Shown piece by piece: positions 37,257 through 46,658 of a stretch of DNA of 64,000 nucleotides. The stretch is from Myxococcota bacterium (GTDB taxonomy: Bacteria > Myxococcota_A > Polyangia > Nannocystales > Nannocystaceae): assembly GCA_039028615.1 (NCBI GenBank), contig JBCCHT010000025.1:96001-160000 (forward strand). The letters are read 5' to 3'. Made by a program: the position numbers and the translations under genes. Numbering within the stretch: position 1 is the stretch's first letter; each line of letters begins with the position of its first letter. The notes beneath the pieces were generated by a model, which was given only the letters and a program-made list of their open reading frames with translations, was not told the origin of the DNA and searched no databases.

Positions 37257-38810
37257 ATGAACGACCGATCGCTCCTTCGTCATCACCTCCTGCCCGCGCT
37301 GGTGCTGCTCTTGCCGAGCTGCACGACCGGCGTCGAACGCCCCACGACGGGGATCTCGGCTGGTCCTCAGCCCGCCGACGACAACGACGACCCCGGCGAC
37401 GGCTTCACGTCTACGACCGGAGGCTACGAGCCCGAAGGCACCGACGAGACGGGCGACGTGCCCGGTCCCGGGAACGCAGACGAGACCGCCGGGCCTGGGC
37501 CCGACCCCGGCGGCACCGAAGACACGGGAGGGCCTCCCGATCCAACCGGCACCATGGACTGCGATGCGGGCCCCTGTTGCAACGGCGGCCAGTTCGAGCC
37601 CGCGGGCACCGTCTGCGACGACGATGTGGACAGTGAGCTCGGCTGTCCGTGGGGTGTCGCCAACGGGTCCGACGTCGGTCGACGTACGCGCGATCGGACC
37701 TGCAGTGGCGCGAGCGCAGCCTGTGACGGGCCGCTCGGCGAGTGGGAAGAGTGGACGGTCGAGGACGACTGCAGCAGCACGGAGTTCTGCGATCCCGGGG
37801 CCTCGACGTGCAGCGCGGCGCCTCCCACCTGCAACGGTGGACCCTGCTGCGACGGCACGGGCGACTTTCGCCCGGCCGGGTTCGTGTGCGAGGCCGATGC
37901 CGAGACGGAGTATTCGTGCCCCTGGGGCACCAGCAATGGTGACGACGTCGGCGTTCGTCATCGCGACCGCACGTGCAGCGGCGGCAGTGAAAGCTGCAAT
38001 GGCCCGCTCGGTGCGTGGGGGCCATGGCAGACGCACGACAACTGCTCGAACAGCGAGGTCTGCTCGCCGGGTGATGCCACCTGCAACCCAGCGCCCCCCA
38101 TGCCTCCCGAGCCGGACTGCGCATCGGGAGCCTGTTGCGACCCGAGCGGCTTCTACCGCCCCGCGGGGTACGTGTGCGACGTCGATGCCGACTCGGACTA
38201 CGGCTGCCCCTGGGGCACGAGCCCCGGCGACGATGTCGGCGTTCGGTACCGCGACCGCACGTGCTCCGGCACCAGCTCCAGCTGCAACGGCGCCTACACG
38301 GGCTGGAGTTCGTGGCAGACGCAGGATTTCTGCACGAGCGACGAGGTCTGCGATCCCGGCGACCCGAGCTGCGACCCCGCGCCCTGCACCGAAACCGACT
38401 ACTGGAGCCCGACCACGACCTCCAACGATCGGTGGGATCGAAATGGCGTACAGCTGCTCCGCTTCGAGAAGCAAGAGGTCAACGGCAACCTCATCGAAGC
38501 TCGTGTCTGCAAGATCGGCGGCGGCGACTTCACGAACGACATCCACCTCGACTACGAAGAATGGGCCAAGTACTTCGGCTGGTTCATGGTCTCCGACACC
38601 ATCGACAGCATGGGCGCCGACTGCAGTGACTGGGTCGATCTCGACACCAGTACCTGGAGCGAGGGCGAGTCGATCGGCGCCCAGATCCGCGTCGTGTCCC
38701 CGGCCTGGTGCGCTCCCCAGTGGGACGACCAGTGCAACGTGGACCCGAGCTGCGGCACCTGTTGGTACTGGCTCTCCGACACCGTCATGACTCGGACTTG
38801 CCGGCCGTAG
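37257..38810 (+). CDS. Cys-rich lipoprotein with three ~90-aa disulfide modules
   Basis: Lipobox LPSC after ATG 37257; three repeats each with 10 Cys. Confidence 0.85.
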   Translation: MNDRSLLRHHLLPALVLLLPSCTTGVERPTTGISAGPQPADDNDDPGDGFTSTTGGYEPEGTDETGDVPGPGNADETAGPGPDPGGTEDTGGPPDPTGTMDCDAGPCCNGGQFEPAGTVCDDDVDSELGCPWGVANGSDVGRRTRDRTCSGASAACDGPLGEWEEWTVEDDCSSTEFCDPGASTCSAAPPTCNGGPCCDGTGDFRPAGFVCEADAETEYSCPWGTSNGDDVGVRHRDRTCSGGSESCNGPLGAWGPWQTHDNCSNSEVCSPGDATCNPAPPMPPEPDCASGACCDPSGFYRPAGYVCDVDADSDYGCPWGTSPGDDVGVRYRDRTCSGTSSSCNGAYTGWSSWQTQDFCTSDEVCDPGDPSCDPAPCTETDYWSPTTTSNDRWDRNGVQLLRFEKQEVNGNLIEARVCKIGGGDFTNDIHLDYEEWAKYFGWFMVSDTIDSMGADCSDWVDLDTSTWSEGESIGAQIRVVSPAWCAPQWDDQCNVDPSCGTCWYWLSDTVMTRTCRP

Positions 38811-38982
38811 TTCTTCCCTCCGACTCGCGCCCCCCGGACGCGTGTCGGGCCAACCCGGAGCCGGCCTCGCAACGATGCCGGCTCGTCCGCGTGGAGTCGC
38901 CGTGACCGCCCTCCACGTGCTCGTTTTCAACGATTCCAGCCCATTGGGACGCCCGGGGTCGCAGGCGCTAGGATGCCGGCCA

Positions 38983-39606
38983 ATGGAGGACTGGGAGCTG
39001 TTCCGGGCGTGGAGCGACGGCGATCGAAAGGCGGGCGAGGCCTTGGTCCGGCGTCACGTCGGCGTGCTGACGCGATTTTTCCGCAACAAGGTCCGCAACC
39101 CCGACGACGCGGCCGAGCTGACCTCCGAGACGCTGCTGGCGTGCACCAAGAACAAGGACCGCATCGAGCCGACGTCGTTTCGATCGTACCTGTTCGCGGT
39201 GGCCATGAACACGCTGCGGCACTACTACCGCAAGCAGACCAAGCGAAAGCGAGAGCTCGACGACTTCGAAGAGCTGTGTGCGGGCGACTCCGATCACCCG
39301 CAGTCGCTCAGCTCGTTGGCCGAGATGGTCTCCGAGGGTCGCTTGCTCGTCCGAGCCCTGCGACGGCTCTCCCTCGACCAGCAGATCGTGCTCGAGCTCG
39401 AGTACTTCGAGACGCTCAAGGGCACCGAGATCGCCGAGCTGCTCGGCATCCCGCCCCAGACGGTCTACACCCGCAGCCGTCGCGGCAAGGAGCGGCTCAA
39501 GACGGTGATGACCGAGCTCGCCGACAACCCGCAGCTCGCTCAGTCCACCATCATGGGCCTCGAGACCTGGGCCCTGGAGATCCGCAAAGAGATGGACCGC
39601 ACCTGA
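38983..39606 (+). CDS. ECF sigma-70 factor, paralog of 611..1240
   Basis: ELFRAWSDGD, FRSYLFAVAMN, EIAELLGIPPQTVYTR, C-terminal STIMGLETWA; start refined to ATG 38983. Confidence 0.9.
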   Translation: MEDWELFRAWSDGDRKAGEALVRRHVGVLTRFFRNKVRNPDDAAELTSETLLACTKNKDRIEPTSFRSYLFAVAMNTLRHYYRKQTKRKRELDDFEELCAGDSDHPQSLSSLAEMVSEGRLLVRALRRLSLDQQIVLELEYFETLKGTEIAELLGIPPQTVYTRSRRGKERLKTVMTELADNPQLAQSTIMGLETWALEIRKEMDRT

Positions 39607-39619
39607 GCGGCCCCCCTTC

Positions 39620-40726
39620 CTAGCTGCGGGTCACCGAGTAGATCCGCAGGTCGCCAGCCGCCCCCGTGTCCTCGAAGTCGTCGCAGCTCGGCGGCTGCCA
39701 GTTGTGGCTCACCGAGCCGTCCGCGAAGAACTTGATGGGGCACACGATGTCCTCGCGCTCGGTGTTCGAGACGCGGGGCGTCCCCACACACAGCACACCG
39801 TACTCGTCCCAGACCGCCTCGAGCTGCTGGTACTCGCCCAGCCCGGCTTCCACCTCGGCCAGCGTGACGGGCCCGTCGGTGTTGTCCACGGCGGAGAACA
39901 CGTTGCCCGGATAGGTGTAGGGCTCACCGTCGGCGCAGTAGTCGGCGCGGACGACCCGGGTGGCGAGCAGGAACTCGTCCTCGGTCGAGTCGGTGGCCTC
40001 GTAGCCGAGCGCCATGGTCTTGCCGGGCACGCCCGCCATGCAGGCGATGTGTCGTAGCTCCGCGGCTTGGATCTCCATGTCCCCCGTCGACCCGTCGACA
40101 TGCAGGTAGTTGGCGACGCGAGCAAAGCGACCATAGTCGGCACTCTCCTCGCACAGCGACACGCGAATGCCGTTGGTGGGATCGACCCGGACCAGCTCGT
40201 ACAGGTCGTAGTCGTTGGGGCCGACCATGTGATCGACGACCTCGAGGTCCACGAAGTACTCGCCGCCGAAGTCGTGCGCCATCTGGAAGTGCAGCGTGAG
40301 GCCGATGAGGTCTTCGCCGACGAGCGTCGCGTCGGGCTCCGCCACCGAGTCGGCGCCCCACACCTGGAACTGGAAGTCGCCCTCCATGTCGAGCCGGATC
40401 CGCGCGACGTCGTCGGACGTGTCGAGCACGGGGGTGTCCAGCGCGCCGAAGATGGTGTCGGGGTGAGACACGCTCGTCAGCGTCGACGTGTAGCCGTAGC
40501 TGTTGATGAAGGGCGTGCCCGTGTCGTTGAACTCGTGCAAGTCGCGAGCGCTCGACGAGATCCACGCGTTGGTGTTGAGCGTCATGCGACGCCCGTTGTC
40601 GACCCGACCCGTTCGCAGGTCTTGATCCGAGTCGGCTCGCGTTCCCACGCTCTGGTCACACGCGGTCGCGCCCAAGGTCATGCACATGGCCAAGATGGAG
40701 ATCGTGTTCGAGCCGTTCATGCCCAA
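39620..40726 (-). CDS. ADYC-domain lipoprotein
   Basis: Lipobox ATAC; TRVVRADYCADG..YT..G; LEAVW...GVLC..TPR. Confidence 0.85.
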   Translation of the reverse strand: MGMNGSNTISILAMCMTLGATACDQSVGTRADSDQDLRTGRVDNGRRMTLNTNAWISSSARDLHEFNDTGTPFINSYGYTSTLTSVSHPDTIFGALDTPVLDTSDDVARIRLDMEGDFQFQVWGADSVAEPDATLVGEDLIGLTLHFQMAHDFGGEYFVDLEVVDHMVGPNDYDLYELVRVDPTNGIRVSLCEESADYGRFARVANYLHVDGSTGDMEIQAAELRHIACMAGVPGKTMALGYEATDSTEDEFLLATRVVRADYCADGEPYTYPGNVFSAVDNTDGPVTLAEVEAGLGEYQQLEAVWDEYGVLCVGTPRVSNTEREDIVCPIKFFADGSVSHNWQPPSCDDFEDTGAAGDLRIYSVTRS

Positions 40727-40915
40727 GGGGGTGCCCTCGACTCGTCGATCTATTCACGCCCGATCGAAGAAAAAACAAATGCGCCGAGAAGTGCCGTTGA
40801 TGGGCTTTCACATGTCTTGGCTACTGTTGTCGCCATCGGTGGTTTTGCGTTGCCAGTGCCCCGGGTTGCGTAGATACGGCGGGCCGGCGAGGCTGGGCTT
40901 GCCGGTCGACCAACG

Positions 40916-43900
40916 ATGGCGTCCCAGGAACGAGACGACGAATCCAGCGAGCTCGGGAGCAAGACCCGAGACGCCCGCGAGCCGAATACTCGCGAGGATG
41001 GGCTCACGCCCGAGCCGGCCTCCGAACCCCGAGGCGGACGCGGCCAGCGACGCCTCGAAGACCTGGTCCTGCAGCAGCTATTCGACGTGGAACCCGAGGC
41101 GGAGACCATCGGGCGCTACCGCGTGCTCGAGCGCATCGGCCAGGGGGGCATGGGCACCGTGTTCTCCGCCTACGACGAGGGTCTCGATCGCAAGGTGGCG
41201 ATCAAGGTGCTCGACTCGCCGGGTGAGAACACGGCCGCCTCGGCCCGACTGCAGCGCGAAGCCCAGGCGCTCGCCCGCCTCTCCCATCCCAACGTCGTGA
41301 CGGTGCACGAGGTCGGCGAAGCCGATGGCGAGCTGTTCGTGGTGATGGAGTTCCTGCGCGGCCAGAGTCTCGACGCGTGGATCCACGAGCGTCCCGCGTG
41401 GCCCGAGGTGCTCGAGGTCTTCGCCCAGGCCGGTCGCGGGATCGTGGCCGCCCACGCGGCAGGACTGGTGCACCGCGATCTCAAGCCCCACAACATCATG
41501 CGCACCGACGACGGCGCGGTGAAGGTGCTCGACTTCGGGCTCGCCCGGGCCGACGACACGCACACCGACGACGACGTCGAAGGCCCCTCGGAGCCCGCGT
41601 CCTTCGATGCCCAGCTCACCCGCACGGGCGCGCTGCTGGGCACCCCCGCGTATATGGCCCCGGAGCAGCATCGCGGGGAGCCGGCCGACACTCGGACCGA
41701 TCAATACGGCTTTTGTGCTGCCCTGCATCACGTGCTCTACGGGCGGCTGCCCTTCGCGGCCGACACGATGCAGGTGCTGGTCGCCAAGATCCTCGCCAAC
41801 CGCATCGACCCGCCGCCCAGCGATTCCCAGGTGCCCTCGTGGCTGGCCCGCGTCGTCCGCAAAGGACTGAGCGCTGCACCGGACGAGCGCTGGCCCTCGA
41901 TGCAGGCCCTGCTCGATGCGCTCGCGCGCGACCCCGCGAAGATCCGCCGTCGTCGGCTGACCATCGCGGGGCTGGGGCTCGCCGCGGTGCTCAGCGGCTA
42001 CGGGCTGTCGGAGCTGCGCACCGAGGCGGCCAACGCCTGCCCGAGTCCCCAGGACGAGCGCGAGCTTCTGTGGTCCGCCGCGCGCCGCGAGTCCGTGCAG
42101 GCGGCGTTCACCGAGGCCAACCCCCGGCGGGGCGCCGACACGCTGTCGCGCACGGCCGAGCCGATCGCGACCTATGTCGATGCGATGGGGCAGATGCGCA
42201 CCGAGGCCTGCGAGGCTCGCCGTGAGGGCGGGCAATCCGAGCGCCTCTTCGGCCTGCGCACCGCGTGCCTCGACATCCGTCGGGCGGGCGTCGATCAGCT
42301 GCTCGAGCGGTTCGAGCACGCCGACGCGGCCGCCGTCGACAATGCCGCCTGGGCCGTCGCCAGCCTTCCCCGCGTGGAGCCTTGCGGCGACGTCGAGGCG
42401 CTGCTGGCCTCGGTGCCTCCGCCCGACGATCCCGAGACCGCCGAGCAGGTGCAGCTGCTACGCGAGACGCTGGCCAGCGCCCGCTCGATGGGCCTGGCGG
42501 GCGCCTACGACGATGCGCTCTCACGGGCGAAGTCCGCGGTCGAAACCGCCGAGCGCTTGGACTACGGCCCGGCGATCGCCGAAGCCCAGCTGCGTCACGG
42601 CGACATCCTGCGCGAGGCCAACGATCACACGGCCGCCTACGACGTGCTCTCGCGCGCGATTCGATCGGCACTGGGCGCCATGCACTACGAGGCCGCGGCC
42701 GAGGCCGTGGCGCTTCGCAACTGGATCGAGGCCGACCGCCTCGATCGCCCGAAGCAAGCCTTGGCCACCGACGAGATCGCCGATGGCATGCTCGAGGCGA
42801 TCGGGCGACCGCCCCGGCTCCAGTGGTTGCTGCTCAACAACCGCGCCGTCGCTCAGGCCCGCGATGGTCGGCTCGTCGAGGCGGAGCGCTCCTATCGCGC
42901 CGCCCTCGAGGCCGCCCGGGCCCCCGGTGAAGGAGCGCTGCCGGTCGAGGTCATCTCAACGCTGGCCAACCTCGCCATCCTGCAGTCGGAGGGACTGGGG
43001 CGACCGGGTGCCGCCGCCAAGGAACTCCGCTCGGCCCGCGAACGGGCGGTGGCGCTGCTGGGCCCCGAAAACCCCCGGGTCTTCGCCCTGACCTCCATGC
43101 TCGCCGAGTTCCTCGGCGCCGCGGGTCGCCCCCAACAGGCGCAACAGCAGCTGGAGCTCGCGCGCCAGCATGTGCCGCCCGATGCCTATAGCCGGGTCCA
43201 GCTGCAGATCGACGCCGCCCAGCTCGCTCACCAGCGTCGTGACTACGAGGCCTCGCTGCGCAACGCCGAGTCTGCGCTCACCCTCGCCCGGCAACAGCTC
43301 GCCGACGACTCCTTGGTCTCCGTCGCGCTGTGGCGACGCGGCAGCGCTCGGGTAGAACTCGGCCAGACCGACGCGGGGCTCCAGGATCTCGAGGACGCGG
43401 TCGCGCGGGAGCTGAAGCGCTCGGGCCCCGACAGCGAGAGCGTCGCGCTGGCTCGGACCTTTGCCGGACTGGGTCTGCAGCGCCTCGGTCGAACCGACGA
43501 AGCGATCGCCCAGCTGGAGCAGGCACTGGAGATCACGGTCGCGCTGGGACCCAGCGCGCAGCCGGCCGTGGGGCGTCGCTTCTTCGACCTCGGGGACGCG
43601 TACCTGCAGAAGGGCTCGCTGTCGAAGGCCTCTGCGCTCCTCGGTCGCATCGCCGAGGCTCAGGACGCCGCGGGCTTCGCCGCCGACAGCATCTATCGAC
43701 TGCAGCTCGACCTGCAGCGAGGCGCGCTCGCGGCCGCCCGAGGGGAGACCGCCGCCGCCCGGACGATCTACCAGCGGGTGTGCCCGCGGCTGGCCGCCCG
43801 GGTCGAGCCCGACACGCCCGACCTCGTCTCCTGCCGCCAGGCACTCGCGCGACTCACGGACGACACGTCGCCAGCGAATTCCGGCGCGGAGCCGGGCTGA
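40916..43900 (+). CDS. Membrane Ser/Thr protein kinase with TPR region
   Basis: GQGGMG, VAIK, HRDLKP, DFGLA, GTPAYMAPE; TM segment; TPRs. Confidence 0.95.
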   Translation: MASQERDDESSELGSKTRDAREPNTREDGLTPEPASEPRGGRGQRRLEDLVLQQLFDVEPEAETIGRYRVLERIGQGGMGTVFSAYDEGLDRKVAIKVLDSPGENTAASARLQREAQALARLSHPNVVTVHEVGEADGELFVVMEFLRGQSLDAWIHERPAWPEVLEVFAQAGRGIVAAHAAGLVHRDLKPHNIMRTDDGAVKVLDFGLARADDTHTDDDVEGPSEPASFDAQLTRTGALLGTPAYMAPEQHRGEPADTRTDQYGFCAALHHVLYGRLPFAADTMQVLVAKILANRIDPPPSDSQVPSWLARVVRKGLSAAPDERWPSMQALLDALARDPAKIRRRRLTIAGLGLAAVLSGYGLSELRTEAANACPSPQDERELLWSAARRESVQAAFTEANPRRGADTLSRTAEPIATYVDAMGQMRTEACEARREGGQSERLFGLRTACLDIRRAGVDQLLERFEHADAAAVDNAAWAVASLPRVEPCGDVEALLASVPPPDDPETAEQVQLLRETLASARSMGLAGAYDDALSRAKSAVETAERLDYGPAIAEAQLRHGDILREANDHTAAYDVLSRAIRSALGAMHYEAAAEAVALRNWIEADRLDRPKQALATDEIADGMLEAIGRPPRLQWLLLNNRAVAQARDGRLVEAERSYRAALEAARAPGEGALPVEVISTLANLAILQSEGLGRPGAAAKELRSARERAVALLGPENPRVFALTSMLAEFLGAAGRPQQAQQQLELARQHVPPDAYSRVQLQIDAAQLAHQRRDYEASLRNAESALTLARQQLADDSLVSVALWRRGSARVELGQTDAGLQDLEDAVARELKRSGPDSESVALARTFAGLGLQRLGRTDEAIAQLEQALEITVALGPSAQPAVGRRFFDLGDAYLQKGSLSKASALLGRIAEAQDAAGFAADSIYRLQLDLQRGALAAARGETAAARTIYQRVCPRLAARVEPDTPDLVSCRQALARLTDDTSPANSGAEPG

Positions 43901-44105
43901 AGCTCGATTCTTCTCGAGCTGCACTTTTTTTTCGACGACCGCGAATAGTCCCGATGGGGGCGGTCATTCCCCTTGTGAGCGCTGGACAGCGACGCGGGCC
44001 CCGAACCGACAGCGGGCACGAAGCTGGCCACGAACATGACCCTCCGCGGACCCGAGCGAGCACGCTCGAACGGCCCTCCGCATATCAGGACGAAAGCAAT
44101 CAGCT

Positions 44106-45461
44106 ATGAACACGCACACCCGTATCTTCCGCGCCCTTTCCCTCCCCAACCGTCGTCGTGGCCTCGGCCTCGGCTTGGCGGCCCTCACCGGCCTGTCCAT
44201 GCCCGCCTGTGATGCCCCCGAGGACGGCGAGTTCGCCGAGCTGACCGAAGAGGACAGCGACGGCAGCGAGTCCGATGCCGTGCCCCAGCTCGATGATGCC
44301 GAGCTCGTGGTCGAGCAGACCCCCGTCGCCCTCACGACAGTCGACATCAATGCCAGCACCTACGGCACCAACCTCGAGCTGACCATGTCGGGCAGCAACG
44401 TGCTCGTCCTCAACCGCAGCACCGGAGCCCAGCTCGCCTCCATCAACGTCAGCGGCGTCGACCGAATCGTCTACACTGGCACCAGCGGCGACGATACCCT
44501 CGTGGCCACCACCGTGACCGTGGCCATCGAAGCCTGGGGCAAGAAGGGCGACGACTACATCCGAACCGGCATGGCCGCGGACAAGATCTACGGTGGCAAC
44601 GGGGCCGACACCCTGCTCGGCAGCCAGGGCAACGACTACGTCTTCGGTGGCCCGGGCGAAGACACCCTCTACGGTGGAAACGGGGCAGACGTCCTCGAGG
44701 GCTCCAAGGGCGAGGACGTCCTCTACGGGCAGAATGGCAACGATATTCTCTTCGCTCACAAGATCAACGACACCAGCGACACGTGGGACGACACGCTCGA
44801 CGGCGGTAGCGGAACCGACTTCATGTGGATCGACTCCGGCGACAGCTCGACGAACGTCGAGAACGACCGCTCGAACGCCATCATCTCCATCCCCCACCTG
44901 TGGTGCACCGTTTACGGCGACGAGCTCGTCACGATGAAGAGCCGGTCGTCCGGCGAGTTCGCCAGCGCGGACAACGAGACGACCAACCTGGTCGGGGTGT
45001 ACCTCAAGACCGAGCCCTCGGCGGGCACTTCGGAGAAGTTCTACGCCCACTGCGACATGAGCGACACCTACCCGTACAAGCTGTTCTACCAGCGCTCGGG
45101 CTACGGCTTCGGCGACATTTGGGCCGCGAGCTGGGGTCCCTGGTGGGGCAACGACGAGATCGCCGATGGTATCTACGCCGGGCCCAACGGCAACCTCGAC
45201 GTGTCGGCCGACCACACCTTCGAACACCACCGCAACATTCTCGAGGGCATCTACCTCAGCGACAGCCTGGAGGACGCCATGGACGGCTACACGGGCAGCG
45301 GCCAACTCCCCTTCTACGACGGCGCCACCGCGAGCTGGACCTTCGGCTCCGACGATGAAACCGGGATCTGGAAGGTCGGAAACCCCTACATCACCTACGA
45401 CGCCGACGGCGTCGTCACCAACGAGAACCTGTTCCAGGTCACCCGCGTCGCGACCTGGTAG
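44106..45461 (+). CDS. Lipoprotein with RTX/hemolysin-type Ca-binding repeats
   Basis: Lipobox MPAC; GGNGADTL, GGPGEDTL, GGSGTD nonapeptides. Confidence 0.85.
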   Translation: MNTHTRIFRALSLPNRRRGLGLGLAALTGLSMPACDAPEDGEFAELTEEDSDGSESDAVPQLDDAELVVEQTPVALTTVDINASTYGTNLELTMSGSNVLVLNRSTGAQLASINVSGVDRIVYTGTSGDDTLVATTVTVAIEAWGKKGDDYIRTGMAADKIYGGNGADTLLGSQGNDYVFGGPGEDTLYGGNGADVLEGSKGEDVLYGQNGNDILFAHKINDTSDTWDDTLDGGSGTDFMWIDSGDSSTNVENDRSNAIISIPHLWCTVYGDELVTMKSRSSGEFASADNETTNLVGVYLKTEPSAGTSEKFYAHCDMSDTYPYKLFYQRSGYGFGDIWAASWGPWWGNDEIADGIYAGPNGNLDVSADHTFEHHRNILEGIYLSDSLEDAMDGYTGSGQLPFYDGATASWTFGSDDETGIWKVGNPYITYDADGVVTNENLFQVTRVATW

Positions 45462-45489
45462 TTCACTGAACCGAGGTCTCCCGACCTCG

Positions 45490-45533
45490 AACGAGACCGC
45501 CCGCCGCCGAGAGGTTGCGGGCGGTCTTTCGTT
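45490..45533. terminator. Terminator hairpin between convergent genes
   Basis: Stem AGACCGCCCGC/GCGGGCGGTCT followed by TTCGTT. Confidence 0.75.
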
Positions 45534-45539
45534 GGGCGC

Positions 45540-46658
45540 TCAGGCCGATTTTTTGAGCAGCCTCTCCAGGCCGGCCTTGCGGAGCCGGGCGATGAACTCC
45601 TCGCGACTGTTCCCCACCGCCCGCGCCGCCGTGAGGAGGTCCCAGTCGACGGCCACCAACGTCGACAGCAGCAGGCCGCGGCGGGACTGGGCCGCGGACA
45701 GGCGCGCCGTCTTGAGAAACGCCAGCTGGCCCTGGTCGTCGAGGATCACCTCGCCCACGTGGTTGACGTCCTGGCGACGAAAGGTGGGCCGAAACCGCAT
45801 CAGGCGATAGCGATCCATGGAGTGGAGCTGCTGCATCTCGTAGTCGGCGTCGAGCAGGTCGCTGGCCATGAACGCGGCGAAGCGATTCCACTCGCGTCGC
45901 AGCCCGCCGACCGCCTGCTCGAGATCGTCGAAGGAGCGCACCGATGCGGCATCGATGGGGCTCCACAGCGCCGCCGTCTCGGGATAGAGCACCGCGTACT
46001 GCACGAGCAGGTCGGCGACCATGTCCTCGAGCATCGTGCGGTGCAAACGGCGGTAGTCCTCGGGCCGCGGCGTGATGAAGGCAGTGGAGAACGCATCGGC
46101 CACGAAGACGAGCGAGCCGACCTGGCCGGGACACAGCTCGAACACCCGCAGGGCATCGGCGAACCCGCGCAGGTCGAAGGCCCGAGAGACCCACTCGCTG
46201 CGCGGCGACAGCCCCCACGACAGCACCTCGCGGGTGTACTCGGGCCAGACCACGTTGGGACCGGTGAAGCCGACGCTGAGGTAGGCATCCATGCCCATGT
46301 GCTGGGGCAGCAGGCGAAGCTGCCCCCGCCCGATGCGCCGAGACAGCCGCTGCATGACCTTCACGTCGAAGACGTCCCGCGGCTTGGCCTTGCGCGGCAG
46401 CAGACGGGACCCGAGGTTCGCCCAGGGCTCCCCGTCGTCGAGTGCGGCCACCATCGCGTGCGGGATATACGAGGTGTAGGCCGTGCGTCGATCGAGCTGG
46501 ACCGTGGTCAGGTCGGCCGCAGTGGGCAGCGAGTAGAGCCGCAGGTCCTCGATGGGCGTCTCGCGGAGCAAGGGTACGATCCGCACCGCGCCGAAGACCT
46601 GCGAAGGCGCCGCCACGAGCCCCTCGAAGCTCAGCCGTCGTCGCTCGAAGCGTTTCAT
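45540..46658 (-). CDS. ARPP-2-like domain protein with C-terminal Fis-like HTH
   Basis: APSQVFGAVRIVPL, YIPH, FELCPGQVG, DYRRLH; DWDLLTAARAVG..REEFIARL tail; 4-bp overlap with upstream gene. Confidence 0.65.
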   Translation of the reverse strand: MKRFERRRLSFEGLVAAPSQVFGAVRIVPLLRETPIEDLRLYSLPTAADLTTVQLDRRTAYTSYIPHAMVAALDDGEPWANLGSRLLPRKAKPRDVFDVKVMQRLSRRIGRGQLRLLPQHMGMDAYLSVGFTGPNVVWPEYTREVLSWGLSPRSEWVSRAFDLRGFADALRVFELCPGQVGSLVFVADAFSTAFITPRPEDYRRLHRTMLEDMVADLLVQYAVLYPETAALWSPIDAASVRSFDDLEQAVGGLRREWNRFAAFMASDLLDADYEMQQLHSMDRYRLMRFRPTFRRQDVNHVGEVILDDQGQLAFLKTARLSAAQSRRGLLLSTLVAVDWDLLTAARAVGNSREEFIARLRKAGLERLLKKSA

